64,000 nucleotides of DNA from Candidatus Poribacteria bacterium (GTDB taxonomy: Bacteria > Poribacteria > WGA-4E > WGA-3G): positions 288,001-352,000 of the forward strand of contig CAXXUA010000006.1 in assembly GCA_963663765.2 (NCBI GenBank), read 5' to 3'. The translations under genes and the position numbers were made by a program. This document shows positions 1-10,936 of the stretch, piece after piece. A model generated the notes under the pieces. That model was not told the origin of the DNA and made no database searches. It saw only the letters and a list, made by a program, of their open reading frames with translations. Positions within the stretch are counted from its first letter, which is position 1, and each line of letters starts with the position of its first letter.

Positions 1-87
1 ACGTTGACTTTTTTCCTGTTTAAGAGTATGCTGTTAACCTAATCTTGTGACTCTATCAACCTATTTTTACATCTTGGACTTAAGAAA

Positions 88-1533
88 ATGGCATATTCCA
101 GTTTAAGAGATTTCGTCAAAGCACTCGAAAAAGCTGGTGAACTTAAGCGAATTAATACTAAAGTATCACCGGACCTTGAAATCAGTGAGATAACGGATCG
201 CATAAGTAAATCTGGTGGTCCTGCACTTTTGTTTGAAAATGTTGAGGGTAGTGATATGCCCTTGCTAATCAACACCTATGGGTCTTACTCACGAATGGCA
301 ATGGCACTCGGCGTTGACGACCTGTCAAGGATAGCTTACGAGATCGAAGGTATGATCAAAATTGGTCCACCCGAATCTCTTATGGATAAGGTCAAAATAC
401 TCCGCATCCTGTCACAACTTACGAACTTTCCACCGAAAAATGTTAAAAAGGGTGCATCTCAAGAAGTAGTATTAACAGGGGAAGAGGCTTCGTTGGATAA
501 ATTGCCCCTGATTAAATGTTGGCCGATGGATGCTGACAAATATATTACATTGCCACAAGTATTCACACACAGTCTGAAAACTGGTCAACGAAACGTAGGC
601 ACTTACAGATTGCAAAAGCTCAATCAATATGCTTTAGCAATGCACTGGCAGATACATCACGATGGTGCATCACATCATCGTGAATATAAGCATGCCGGGG
701 AACAGATGCCCGTAGCTATCGCCATCGGTGGGGATCCTATCATGTCTTACATCGGCACAGCACCACTACCGTCAGGGATAGACGAACTGTTGTTCGCTGG
801 TTTCCTCAGAAAATCAAATGTAGAAATGGTTGATGCAAAAACCATTGATATGAAAGTGCCTGCAAATGCGGACATCGTTATTGAAGGTTTCATTGAACCA
901 GATGAAACCTGTATTGAGGGACCTTTTGGTGACCACACAGGCTTTTATTCCATGCCAGACGAGTACCCCGTTTTTAGAATCACCGCAATTACGCATCGCA
1001 AGAATCCAATCTACCAATCAATTATTGTTGGTAAGCCTCCCATGGAAGATTGTTTTATGGGGAAAGCCACCGAACGCATCTTCATGCCGCTGATAAAAAC
1101 ACAACTTCCTGAACTTGTTGATATGAATCTACCGCTATTCGGTGTGTTTCATAACTTTGCTTTAATTTCAATTGACAAACGGTATCCATATCATGCGAAA
1201 AAGATTATGCACAGTTTTTGGGGACTCGGTCAATTGATGTTTAGCAAAATCATCATCGTTGTTGACAAAGATGTAGATGTGCAGAATGTTGAAGAAGTGC
1301 TTTTTTACGTAGGTAGTAATGTCGACCCAAAACGTGATGTAACCATCGTTGAGGGACCGGTTGACGTGCTTGACCACGCTGCACCATTACTTGGAGCAGG
1401 TTCGAAAATGGGTATTGATGCAACAACGAAATGGGAAGAAGAAGGCTACCACAGAGATTGGCCCCCAGAGATAATTATGTCTGATGATATAATTGAACTT
1501 GTCAACGAAAAATGGAAAAAATACGGGTTGTAA
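88..1533 (+). CDS. UbiD-family (prFMN-dependent) decarboxylase, menaquinone/futalosine-pathway type
   Basis: 481 aa ORF; motifs RNVGTYR, EGPFGDHTGFY, GKPPMED, SKMGIDAT. Confidence 0.92.
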   Translation: MAYSSLRDFVKALEKAGELKRINTKVSPDLEISEITDRISKSGGPALLFENVEGSDMPLLINTYGSYSRMAMALGVDDLSRIAYEIEGMIKIGPPESLMDKVKILRILSQLTNFPPKNVKKGASQEVVLTGEEASLDKLPLIKCWPMDADKYITLPQVFTHSLKTGQRNVGTYRLQKLNQYALAMHWQIHHDGASHHREYKHAGEQMPVAIAIGGDPIMSYIGTAPLPSGIDELLFAGFLRKSNVEMVDAKTIDMKVPANADIVIEGFIEPDETCIEGPFGDHTGFYSMPDEYPVFRITAITHRKNPIYQSIIVGKPPMEDCFMGKATERIFMPLIKTQLPELVDMNLPLFGVFHNFALISIDKRYPYHAKKIMHSFWGLGQLMFSKIIIVVDKDVDVQNVEEVLFYVGSNVDPKRDVTIVEGPVDVLDHAAPLLGAGSKMGIDATTKWEEEGYHRDWPPEIIMSDDIIELVNEKWKKYGL

Positions 1534-1605
1534 ACATTAACATTGTTTCTGTAGTTGTACCTCATATCTTTTCGTTTAAATAGATAGAAATCGTGGAGGG
1601 AACAA

Positions 1606-2679
1606 ATGAAAGAGACAATTTACGATGTTGCAGTAATTGGTGCAGGTCCCGCAGGTACACAGGCAGCAGTCTCAGCAAGTCATCAGATGCGACATGTATT
1701 AGTGCTTCATTCTGGTAAGGTGAGTTTCAGTAGAGGGAGAGCCTATTGGTCGAAGTCGGTAGAAATTGAGGATGCCCCAGTTTTCCCCGGTATTACCGGT
1801 CCCCATTTTGCCAAAGAACTGATGAAATGGATGGAGAGTCGACCTGTAGTAGATTTCATGCTGGGGGACGAACACCGAAAAACAGGTATTGAGATCAGAG
1901 ACGGTCTCGTAACTCGACTGACAAGAGATAACGATGTTTTTGAATTAGAAGCCTCTATAGCAGTCCTAAAGAAAAATACCCCTATACAAATAGAACATTA
2001 CAAATCACGAACCGTCGTTGTTGCTTCAGGTTTTGACGATAAGTGGCCAGATATTGAATTTGAATCCAATGCTGAACGTTTGTATAAGCAGTACGCAACT
2101 GTGTTTCGGTATGCTGGAAATCGTAAAGGATGGCACGTCTGTATCCGTTGTGATGGACATTTGCATGTAAATGAGCATCTTGCATTACTCGGTGTCGGTG
2201 ATTATATTTATGAAGCTGCTATTGGCGCACAAGATTTTACTGATAAAATTACTATCCTTACAAATGGAAGACCCCACGGAATTTCCCCTCCCGTTCTCAA
2301 CCAGATAAAAGAACGAAAAATCAATATCATTGAGACAAAAATAAAGCGACACATTGGAGAAAAGACTGATCTCCTCGGTTTTGAAATGATGGATGGATCA
2401 GAGTTGTACTTCCACGGTTTCCTCGTAGACGAAGGGTTAATACCTAATACCAAGTTCTTGGATGGGTGGGACTACCAAAAAGATGAGGAGGGTTTGATTA
2501 TTGCTAACGAAGATATGCAGATGCTTGATAGTACTGGTGAAGCTATTCCCGGTCTTTATGCTGCGGGGGACATCATATCAGGTGAACGGAACCTGATTGC
2601 AACGGCATTTGCACTCGGTCAAGAAGCAGGTTTATCTGCATCGGATTCACTGCGAAAGTGGCATTATCCAAAAGCTTGA
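1606..2679 (+). CDS. FAD/NAD(P)-dependent pyridine nucleotide-disulfide oxidoreductase (thioredoxin reductase-like)
   Basis: VIGAGPAG FAD motif, CxxC (CIRCDG), GLYAAGD; GGAGG RBS upstream. Confidence 0.85.
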   Translation: MKETIYDVAVIGAGPAGTQAAVSASHQMRHVLVLHSGKVSFSRGRAYWSKSVEIEDAPVFPGITGPHFAKELMKWMESRPVVDFMLGDEHRKTGIEIRDGLVTRLTRDNDVFELEASIAVLKKNTPIQIEHYKSRTVVVASGFDDKWPDIEFESNAERLYKQYATVFRYAGNRKGWHVCIRCDGHLHVNEHLALLGVGDYIYEAAIGAQDFTDKITILTNGRPHGISPPVLNQIKERKINIIETKIKRHIGEKTDLLGFEMMDGSELYFHGFLVDEGLIPNTKFLDGWDYQKDEEGLIIANEDMQMLDSTGEAIPGLYAAGDIISGERNLIATAFALGQEAGLSASDSLRKWHYPKA

Positions 2680-2689
2680 TTATTGTTGA

Positions 2690-4849
2690 CTATTCTTCAG
2701 TGGCAGCAACCGTATTCCCAAGTGCGTTTGCCACTATCACTAAGTCCTGAATATTTACAACACCATCACCGTTGAGATCCGGTGTCCCTTTGCCAAAAGC
2801 GTTCGCAACAACAACCAAATCCAAAATATTCACTACACCATCTGAATTGACATCTTCAGTCAGGGGTAAAGAGGCAAAGTCCCACAAAAGCACCGTGCCA
2901 TCACCCCTGCCACTTGCGATTTTTTCTCCATCTGGGCTGAACGCAACGTTATAGATATCAACACCTATGTGCGTTAAGTCATCGCTATCACCTGCATGCC
3001 CTGTGAACGTACGAAGATGTTGTCCCGTTTCTGTATCCCATAAGCGGAGGGTGCCGTCGCTGCTGCCACTTGCGATTGTTTTTCCATCTGGGTTGAACGC
3101 GACACTATAGACAGGCCCCGTATGTCCTGTTAGAGTGCGGAGGTGTTCTGTCGTTTCTGCGTCCCACAAACGAAGCGTTCTGTCCCAACTACCACTTAGG
3201 ATTTTATTTCCATCCGGGCTGAACGCAACGCTTCTGACAGTACTAGTATGCCCTATGAGGGTGTGGATGTGTTTTCCTGTTTCTGCGTCCCACAAGCGAA
3301 TGGAGAAATCTGGAACACTTACCCCACTTGCGATTATTTTTCCATCTGGGTTGAACGCAACACTATAGATACGCCCCGTATGTCCTCCCGTATTTCCTGT
3401 TAGAGTGTGGATGTGTTGTCCCGTTTCTGTATCCCACAAGCGGAAGGTGCCGGAACTGCTGCCACTTGCGATTATTTTTCCATCTGGGTTGAACGCAACA
3501 CTATCGATATCACCTACATGCTCTGTGAACGTACGAAGATGTTGTCCCGTTTCTGCGTCCCACAAGCGTAGGGTGTTATCAAAACTGCCGCTTGCGATTA
3601 TTTTTCCATCTGGGCTGAACACAACGGTGAGGACACCACTTGCATGCCCAGTGAGCATACGGATAAGTTTTCCTGTGTCTGTATCCCACAGACGGATGGA
3701 CCTATCATGACCTCCACTTGCGATTTTTTTGCCATCTGGGCTGAATGCGATACTCTTGATAGAATTTGCATGGTCTGTGATCATCCGGATCTGTTGTCCC
3801 GTGTCCACATCCCAGAATCTAAGGGTGCCGTCATAACTGCGGCTTATGATTATTTTTCCATCCGGGCTGAACACGATTCCCGAAACAGTCCCTAAATGTC
3901 CAATGAGAGTGCGGAGAGGTTCTCCCGTGTCTGTGTCCCACAAGCGGATGGTACCATCGTCATTGCCACTTGAGATGATGTTGTTATCTGGGCTGAACGC
4001 GAGACTCCTCACATATTTCGTATGTCCTGATAGCATGCGGCGTTGTCTTGTGTTTACATCCCATATATAAACGTTAATATCCCCACTTGCGATTTTTTTG
4101 CCATCCGAACTGAATTTTACACGAGGGCTCAAATCAGACACAGGGAAGGCAGCATCATACGTTGAGATTGTGAAGAGTTGTGTGCCTGTGTCCACATCCC
4201 ATAGAACGATGATGTCTTGCTCAAGAAATCCAGTAGCGCCACTGAGGATTGTTTTTCCGTCCGGGCTGAACGCGATGTATGAGACATTATACTGATGCTG
4301 CCCAAAGGTGCGGATGAGTTTTCCTGTGTCTGCATCCCACAGACGGATAGCGTATGCGCGTCTTTCATTAAATGCTAAATACAACGGCGTCTTACTACAA
4401 CTTACGATTTTTTTGCCATCCGGACTGAACGCAACGCTAAGTATCGTACTTCCAGGTGCTGTGGGATTCGGAAAGTGTGTGATAGTGCGGATGAGTTTTC
4501 CTGTGTCTGCATCCCACATATCAATGTTAGACCTCGAACCTCCGCCTACAATTTTCGTCCCATCCGGGCTGAACGCAACGGATGAATAGTAGAATGGTTC
4601 TGTTTCTCCTCTGAGTAGGTCAAGTTCTTCATCAGTTTCTGCGTCGTAAATCCAAATTCCGACAGGACTTGCCACTGCAAAACGCGTGCCATCCAGAGAA
4701 TATGCTATATCCGTTACTCTGCCTTTACCAAGCCGCAGGACGGCTCCTTCGGGTAGATGCCAGTGTGGTGAATTTTGGGCAAAGGTGTTGGGTATAAATG
4801 TAAGCATCGTAAACAAAACGACTAAAATCAAAAATAATTTGAATTTCAT
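2690..4849 (-). CDS. Secreted WD40-repeat protein with C-terminal dockerin-like domain
   Basis: Signal peptide MKFKLFLILVVLF..TFA, many GH..V.SVAFSPDG..IASGS.D.TLRLWD repeats, DVNSDGVVNILDLVVVA/DLNGDGVVNIQDLV; start moved to 4849 (AAGGAG RBS). Confidence 0.9.
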   Translation of the reverse strand: MKFKLFLILVVLFTMLTFIPNTFAQNSPHWHLPEGAVLRLGKGRVTDIAYSLDGTRFAVASPVGIWIYDAETDEELDLLRGETEPFYYSSVAFSPDGTKIVGGGSRSNIDMWDADTGKLIRTITHFPNPTAPGSTILSVAFSPDGKKIVSCSKTPLYLAFNERRAYAIRLWDADTGKLIRTFGQHQYNVSYIAFSPDGKTILSGATGFLEQDIIVLWDVDTGTQLFTISTYDAAFPVSDLSPRVKFSSDGKKIASGDINVYIWDVNTRQRRMLSGHTKYVRSLAFSPDNNIISSGNDDGTIRLWDTDTGEPLRTLIGHLGTVSGIVFSPDGKIIISRSYDGTLRFWDVDTGQQIRMITDHANSIKSIAFSPDGKKIASGGHDRSIRLWDTDTGKLIRMLTGHASGVLTVVFSPDGKIIASGSFDNTLRLWDAETGQHLRTFTEHVGDIDSVAFNPDGKIIASGSSSGTFRLWDTETGQHIHTLTGNTGGHTGRIYSVAFNPDGKIIASGVSVPDFSIRLWDAETGKHIHTLIGHTSTVRSVAFSPDGNKILSGSWDRTLRLWDAETTEHLRTLTGHTGPVYSVAFNPDGKTIASGSSDGTLRLWDTETGQHLRTFTGHAGDSDDLTHIGVDIYNVAFSPDGEKIASGRGDGTVLLWDFASLPLTEDVNSDGVVNILDLVVVANAFGKGTPDLNGDGVVNIQDLVIVANALGNTVAATEE

Positions 4850-4943
4850 TGTAGTGTTCTCCTTTTGGGGGTTTTCGGTAAAATAATGAGATAGAGGTCC
4901 CTCATACCGCTCTTGCCTCATTTCTGATTAATAATTTTAATTC

Positions 4944-5014
4944 GTAGGGGCGTGGTTTCCACGCCCGATCACGCAAACTCAAAAACTAAACGGGTTGGGG
5001 AACCCAAACCCTAC
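4944..5014. repeat. Inverted pair of REP-like palindromes
   Basis: GTAGGGGCGTGGTTTCCACGCCC and inverted GGGTTGGGGAACCCAAACCCTAC. Confidence 0.65.
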
Positions 5015-5633
5015 GTATTCAACTACCGATTTTGATTTCAAACTGCATTAGGTGTCAATATAAGGCAATATTGTTAATATTAACCATACGCTTCAGTCCC
5101 GTAGGGACGATATGTTTATCCTTCTATGTCGTTCATACGGAATTCAAGAGAAGGATGATAACGTCTTTCTATAAACATTGCGTCCCTACTGGACTAAAGA
5201 CATGGACAAGATGGCAACACATAAAGTTAACGTTATAGCAAAATATTATCAAAAATATTGAAAACTGAATAACCCTGTTATCATAGCGTCTAATTTGAGA
5301 ATAGAAATGACTATATCAGCAATCTGTCAGAATAATTTATATGCACAATCTGGCAGAATGTGCTACAACTACACGCACAGTCTGGAAGAATGTGCTACAA
5401 CTACCCGCACAATCTGGCAGAATGTGCTACAACTTCATGCACAATCTGGCAGAATGTCTATTATTGGCGAAGGTATTGGTCTATGTGAAGTAGTTTTTAT
5501 AAATAGTTATTTAGTACAAGTCGCTACTTACAGGAAATTGGTAATTTTTTCTGTACACGGACCTTGTCTATGACTGGGTTTTTCCGATCAAAAAAATACC
5601 AATTTTACCAATTAGTGACTTAACGTAAATTGA

Positions 5634-6335
5634 CTATAGTTTGGACAATTTTCATCTTGTAGAAGTTGATTATTCAACAGAATGTCTATTTTTCTACGAG
5701 TTTCATATATTTGTGAAACTGGAGAAAATAATGTGCTCCAGCGGAGTGTTATGTGCGGCTCCAACATACCGCTCCGCTGGAGCGGAGATGCGGGCTGACA
5801 ATGTGACTATAAACATATTGCTCCGTTGGAGCAAAGAAAGTTCCGTTTTGGTCAGAGTTATTCAGTTTTAAAAGTTTTCTGTTATTGAGATTTACTGAAA
5901 GTTAATACCCAGATGCAGTTTCCTAACTGCACCTTATACATCAATTTTAGACTATTGAAACCTGAACATCGGTCTTTAGTCCCGTAGGGACGATATGTTT
6001 ATAGAAAACGAGTGCCCTTCCCAGTTCTTTAGTCCCGTAGGGACGATATGTTTATTCTTCTATGCCGTTCCTACGGAACTCAAGAGGAGTAAATAACATT
6101 ATTCTATAAACATAGCGTCCCTACCAAATCAACGCCAAATGCGCGTATGGCATCTGTCGGGACTAAAGACATGGACAAGATGGCAACACATAAAATTAAC
6201 GTTATAGCAAATAATCATCAAAATACCCTAAAACTAAATAACCCTGCGTTTTGGTCATTATGTCTTGATTTGGTAACATAATCGGTGAACCAATTTCTTA
6301 TAAAACATGTTGGAAAAAAATTATCCAAACTATAG
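5634..6335. mobile_element. MITE family M2 (TIR CTATAGTTTGGACAATTTT) carrying CTCCAGCGGAG palindromes, with a nested M1 element
   Basis: Inverted ends CTATAGTTTGGACAATTTT / AAAATTATCCAAACTATAG; second copy at 9971-11320 has the same internal sequence. Confidence 0.7.
5853..6246. mobile_element. MITE family M1, long form (TIR CAGGGTTATTCAGTTTT), 9-bp TSD, carrying AGTCCCGTAGGGAC palindromes
   Basis: TSD CGTTTTGGT at 5844-5852 and 6247-6255; empty site in the M2 copy near 11233; related copies about 33994-34299 and ending at 5277 and 29266. Confidence 0.85.
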
Positions 6336-7004
6336 TAATTCGTATAAAATAGTTAATATCAACAATGATTTAGTGGTTTTCTTGCTAAGTATTTATTATA
6401 TGAAGGACTTACGTAGTTTTCATGATCCAATCAAGAATTAAGACGAAAACGATGTAATTTTCAGCATTTTTTAGGTTTCCGGCGCGCTTACAAAGCACGC
6501 CTACCATCGGGTGGCGCGCTTACAAAGCACGCCTACCATCGGGTGGCGCGCTTACAAAGCACGCCTACCATTGAGTGGCGCGCTTACAAAGCATGCCTAC
6601 CGTGGGAAAATATATGATTACCCAATAAATAAATTAATCTTCATGAAGATTGTGCTACAACTGACCGCACAATCTGGAAGAATGTGCTACAACTGACCGC
6701 ACAATCTGACAGAATGTCTATTATTGGCGAAGGTATTGATTTAGTGTTAATGGTATATTTTCTCCTTTTGTATAAAAGTAAGCAAAGAATTTTCACTACA
6801 AATTTCTGTTGATTGATGCGCGGATGACACGGTACATGCGGATCACGTAGTTTGTGTTTTTAATGTTATCTATCCAAACAATCTAAAGAATGTGTCACAA
6901 AAGACCTGCACGTTATAATGACACAACAGGTGCGGTTTCCCGCTAAATCCGTGTATGGTATTTGTCGGGAAACCGCACAAACTTTTCGTGTGGCATTAAA
7001 CGTG

Positions 7005-9104
7005 CTATTCATCAGTGACAGCAACCGTATTCCCAAATGCTTGTGCAACAATCACCAAGTCTAAAATGTTGACAATCCTATCGCCGTTGAGATCCGGTGC
7101 CGCTTTGCCAAAAGCGTTCGCAACAACAACCAAATCCAGAATATTCACTACACCATCTGAATTGACATCTTCAGTCAGGGGTAAAGAGGCAAAATCCCAC
7201 AATAGCACCGTGCCATCACCGCTGCCACTTGCGATTTTTTCTCCATCTGGGCTGAACGCAACGCTATTGACATTATACGTATGCCCCGTGATTGTGCGGA
7301 GATGTTGTCCCGTGTCTGCGTCCCACAAGCGGACGGTGCTGCCCCGCAAACGGATGTCCCCACTGCCGCTTGCGATTTTTTTTCCATCTGGGCTGAACGC
7401 AACACTATAGACAGACCTCGTATGTCCTGTTAGGGTGTGGATGCGTTCTCCCGTTTCTGCGTCCCATAAACGGATGGTGCCGTCGCTGCTGCCACTTACG
7501 ATTTTTTTTCCATCTGGGCTGAACGCAACGCTATTGACAGAACTCGTATGCCCAGTGATTGTACGGAGCTGCTCGCCCGTGTCTGCGTCCCACAAACGGA
7601 GTGTTCTGTCGTCACTTCCGCTTACGATTTTTTTTCCATCTGGGCTGAACGCAACGCTATTAACATCATTTGTATGCCCAGTGAGTGTGTGGAGGTGTTC
7701 TTCTGTGTCTGCGTCCCACAAACGGAGCGTTCTGTCGTCACTTCCGCTTACGATTTTTTTTCCATCTGGGCTGAACGCAACGCTATTGACATCTCTCGTA
7801 TGCCCATCCGGGTCGAAACCGCGGACAAGCGGATCCCCCGTGATTGTGCGGATATGTTCGTCCGTGCCTGCGTCCCACAAGACGATGGCCTTATAACTTC
7901 CGTATACGATTGTTTTCCCATCTGGGCTGAACGCAACGCTACGAATAGTATACCAAGACCCCCCACGGAGGCCGAGCAAGTGTCCTGTGTCTGTGTCCCA
8001 AAAAATGAAATTTTTGTCTTCACCTCCGCTTGCGATTTTTTTTCCATCTGGGCTGAACGCAATGCTATTGACAGGCCCCGTATGCTCTCTGATTGTCCGG
8101 ATATGTTCGCCCGTGTCTGCGTCCCAAAATTTGAGGGTGCCGTCTTTACTGCTGCTTGCGATTTTTTTTCCATCTGGGCTGAACGCAACGCTATTGACAT
8201 CTCTCCTATGCCCTCTGATTGTGCGGATATGTTCGCCCGTGTCTGCGTCCCAAAATTTGAGGGTGCCATCGGAATCGCCGCTTGCGATTTTTTTTCCATC
8301 CGGGCTAAATTCGACGCTATCGACCGTACTACCCCTACGCCCTATGAGCGTGTGGAGAATTTTTCCTGTATTCGTATCCCAGATATAGATGTCCGAATAT
8401 GGATACTCGCTTGCGGCTGTTTTGCTATCTGGACTGAATGTTACACTCCCATATATCACATGCGATATACCTTGCGTTATACCTTGCGGTGCCCTGAGAA
8501 TTGTTCTTTTGCCTGTGTCCACGTCCCACAGAATGTACCCCATGAAGATGCTGTGCCAGTGATAGAAGCTTGCGAGTTTCTTGCCATCCGGGCTAAATTC
8601 TAGGAATAGAATACGTAGTGGGCGACCCGTGTCCTGATCCTGTCTAATGGTGCGGATGAGTTTGCCTGTGTCCACATCCCACAGATGGATAGTGTATCTA
8701 CCATTTTCCAAATCATCTTCACTGCTACTTGCGATTGTTTTTCCATCCGGACTTAACGCGACAGTAGTGCCCCTTCCAGGCTCTGCGATCTCCAGAATGT
8801 GTGTGGCGGGGCGAAGGTGTTGTCCTGTGTCCGCATCATCCCACAAGATGATGCCCTTTTGTCCTGTGAGTAGGTCAAGTTCCTCACCCGTTTGTGCGTC
8901 GTAGAGCCAAATGCCGAGAGCACTAGACACCGCAAGCCGCGTGCCATCCGGAGAATATTCAATATTGTAAATTACGCTTTTACCGAGCCGCAGGACGGCT
9001 CCTTCGGGTAGATGCCAGTGTGAAGAATTTTGGGCAAAGGTGTTGAGCATAAATGCAAACATCGTAAACAAAACGACTAAGATCAAAAATAATTTGGATT
9101 TCAT
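7005..9104 (-). CDS. Secreted WD40-repeat protein with C-terminal dockerin-like domain (paralog of 2690-4849)
   Basis: Near-identical signal peptide and dockerin-like tail to the 2690-4849 gene; WD40 repeats; start at 9104 with AAGGAG RBS. Confidence 0.9.
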   Translation of the reverse strand: MKSKLFLILVVLFTMFAFMLNTFAQNSSHWHLPEGAVLRLGKSVIYNIEYSPDGTRLAVSSALGIWLYDAQTGEELDLLTGQKGIILWDDADTGQHLRPATHILEIAEPGRGTTVALSPDGKTIASSSEDDLENGRYTIHLWDVDTGKLIRTIRQDQDTGRPLRILFLEFSPDGKKLASFYHWHSIFMGYILWDVDTGKRTILRAPQGITQGISHVIYGSVTFSPDSKTAASEYPYSDIYIWDTNTGKILHTLIGRRGSTVDSVEFSPDGKKIASGDSDGTLKFWDADTGEHIRTIRGHRRDVNSVAFSPDGKKIASSSKDGTLKFWDADTGEHIRTIREHTGPVNSIAFSPDGKKIASGGEDKNFIFWDTDTGHLLGLRGGSWYTIRSVAFSPDGKTIVYGSYKAIVLWDAGTDEHIRTITGDPLVRGFDPDGHTRDVNSVAFSPDGKKIVSGSDDRTLRLWDADTEEHLHTLTGHTNDVNSVAFSPDGKKIVSGSDDRTLRLWDADTGEQLRTITGHTSSVNSVAFSPDGKKIVSGSSDGTIRLWDAETGERIHTLTGHTRSVYSVAFSPDGKKIASGSGDIRLRGSTVRLWDADTGQHLRTITGHTYNVNSVAFSPDGEKIASGSGDGTVLLWDFASLPLTEDVNSDGVVNILDLVVVANAFGKAAPDLNGDRIVNILDLVIVAQAFGNTVAVTDE

Positions 9105-9186
9105 TGCAACGTTCTCCTTTTGTAAACAGCACAGTCGCATTTTCTCTTTTGAGGTCCTCGCGTCTGTCCTGAAAGATATGAATATA

Positions 9187-9475
9187 ACTCAAGTTGCTAC
9201 CTATAGGATTTTAGACCTGCAGACACCGTTTCTAATAGATTACAATGCACTTTTGGAAGTTTTTGTAGTGCAAACTTTAGTTTGTGTGCTAAGTGGTTCA
9301 CTCGCTAAACATTTATCATGTAGAGAACGGACAGAATAAACCCAAAAGTTCCTTCCCCCCGCTTGCTGGGGGATAAAGGGGAGTGGATTTAGGGAAGTCA
9401 AAACACAAATACTTAGCGAGTCAACCACTAAGATGCACAAACTAACAGATTATGCTACAAGGTAGCAACTTGGGT
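9187..9475. mobile_element. MITE (IS982-like ends) with 7-bp TSD and a nested smaller MITE at 9293-9428
   Basis: TIR ACTCAAGTTGCTACCT / AGGTAGCAACTTGGGT; TSD GAATATA at 9180-9186 and 9476-9482; inner TIR GTGGTTCACTCGCTAA / TTAGCGAGTCAACCAC flanked by TAA. Confidence 0.75.
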
Positions 9476-10091
9476 GAATATAGTGTAATTCCAAATTAAC
9501 GGAATATGTCTTTTTCCGACGGTAGGTGCGGTTTCCTAACCGCACACTTAACAAGATAAAACACATTAATTAGGTATTAGTGGTTAAGGAAATGCGTAAG
9601 CCCTGGAGAATAATCTCCAAAGTATTTTTGGATTAGTATATATCTTCTGTATAGCGTCGATTCGCTTGCTTGTTTTTCATATAGTCGTATCATTAAACTC
9701 TTAGCGAGTAGAAGCAAAGATTTTAAAGCAAGTGTGAATTTGTGTGGAAAGAAATAAACATAAATTGCCTCTCTATCTTTCCCAATATTGCCTCATTATT
9801 CTATATTGCTTAAAATGATTTAATACTCTATTGCCGAGCATACACCAAAAATTCATTTTTGTCAAATATTTTCTAATAAATTACAATATTAATTAGTTTT
9901 AGTAGTTTTTGCAGATATTTAATAAATTCGTGAATTATATGCGTATGTCCAAAAAACGTTATATACGTTACTATAGTTTGGACAATTTTTATGGGTGTAT
10001 AAAGTTTTTGTAGAAACCCTGATATTAAAAGAAGGCTGTCCAGTTTCTATCAAAACTTGCTTGACGTTAGGGAACTGTGGGCTTCGTAGGG

Positions 10092-10338
10092 CTTACTATT
10101 ACCCATAAGTCGAATTGGAGTGACAAAGGCTTGACATGCTACTGTAGGAGGAGTTTCTAACCCCGATAGAGGACAGAAAACTGGTCATAAGAACTAAAAA
10201 ACCTTGTGAAATTAGTCTAAAAGGCCTATAAAGGTATCCTACATCTAAAATATTGGTCAGTTTTCAGGCGTTTTTGAGCAACAGGCACCTACAAAAGACT
10301 TAACGGACTATACCCAAAAACTTATGGGTAATAGTAAG
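10092..10338. mobile_element. MITE family M4, 18-bp perfect TIR, 9-bp TSD, inserted into a REP
   Basis: CTTACTATTACCCATAAG / CTTATGGGTAATAGTAAG; TSD TTCGTAGGG at 10083-10091 and 10339-10347. Confidence 0.85.
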
Positions 10339-10400
10339 TTCGTAGGGGCGGGGTCTCCTCGCCCGCATAAAGACTCTGTTCGGGCGGGGAGACCCCGCCC

Positions 10401-10936
10401 CATAGGCGTCAATTTAAGAAAAAAGTGTTGGTGTTTCTCTTGTGGGAGGGGTTTTCAACCCCGATTTGAGAGGAAAAGCGCGTAAAATCGGGGTTGAAAA
10501 CCCCTCCCACAAGAGGTCAAAATCCTTAAATTGACGCTTATGGGGTGCGCTTACAAAGCAGGTCTACCATCGGGGGTGCGCTTACAAAGCACGCCTGCAG
10601 GTGGGCGGCGAGGATGGCGCGCTTACAAAGCACGCCTGCAAGAGGGATAAGAGGGGTGCGCTTACAAAGCACGCCTGCAGGTGGGCGGCGAGGATGGTGC
10701 GCTTACAAAGCACGCCTGCAAGAGGGATAAGAGGGGCGCGCTTACAAAGCACGCCTGCAGGTGGGGGGCGAGGATGGTGCGCTTACAAAGCACGCCTACC
10801 AGCAGGGGCGCGCTTACATAGCACGCGTATCTCTTGTGGGAGGGGTTTTCAACCCCGATTTGAGAGAAAAAGCGCATAAATTCGGGGTTGAAAACCCCTC
10901 CCACAAGAGGTGAAAATCCTTTAATTGACGCTTATG
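10401..10936. mobile_element. MITE family M5 (TIR CATAGGCGTCAATTTAAG) with 19-bp target duplication
   Basis: GGGCGGGGAGACCCCGCCC at 10382-10400 and 10937-10955; carries GTGGGAGGGGTTTTCAACCCCGA pairs and GCGCTTACAAAGCACGCC repeats. Confidence 0.8.

Noticed and set aside
7548-8603. Long antisense ORFs over WD40 genes (also 62787-63815 and many in 49-61 kb)
   Set aside because: Shadow frames of repetitive WD40 coding sequence.
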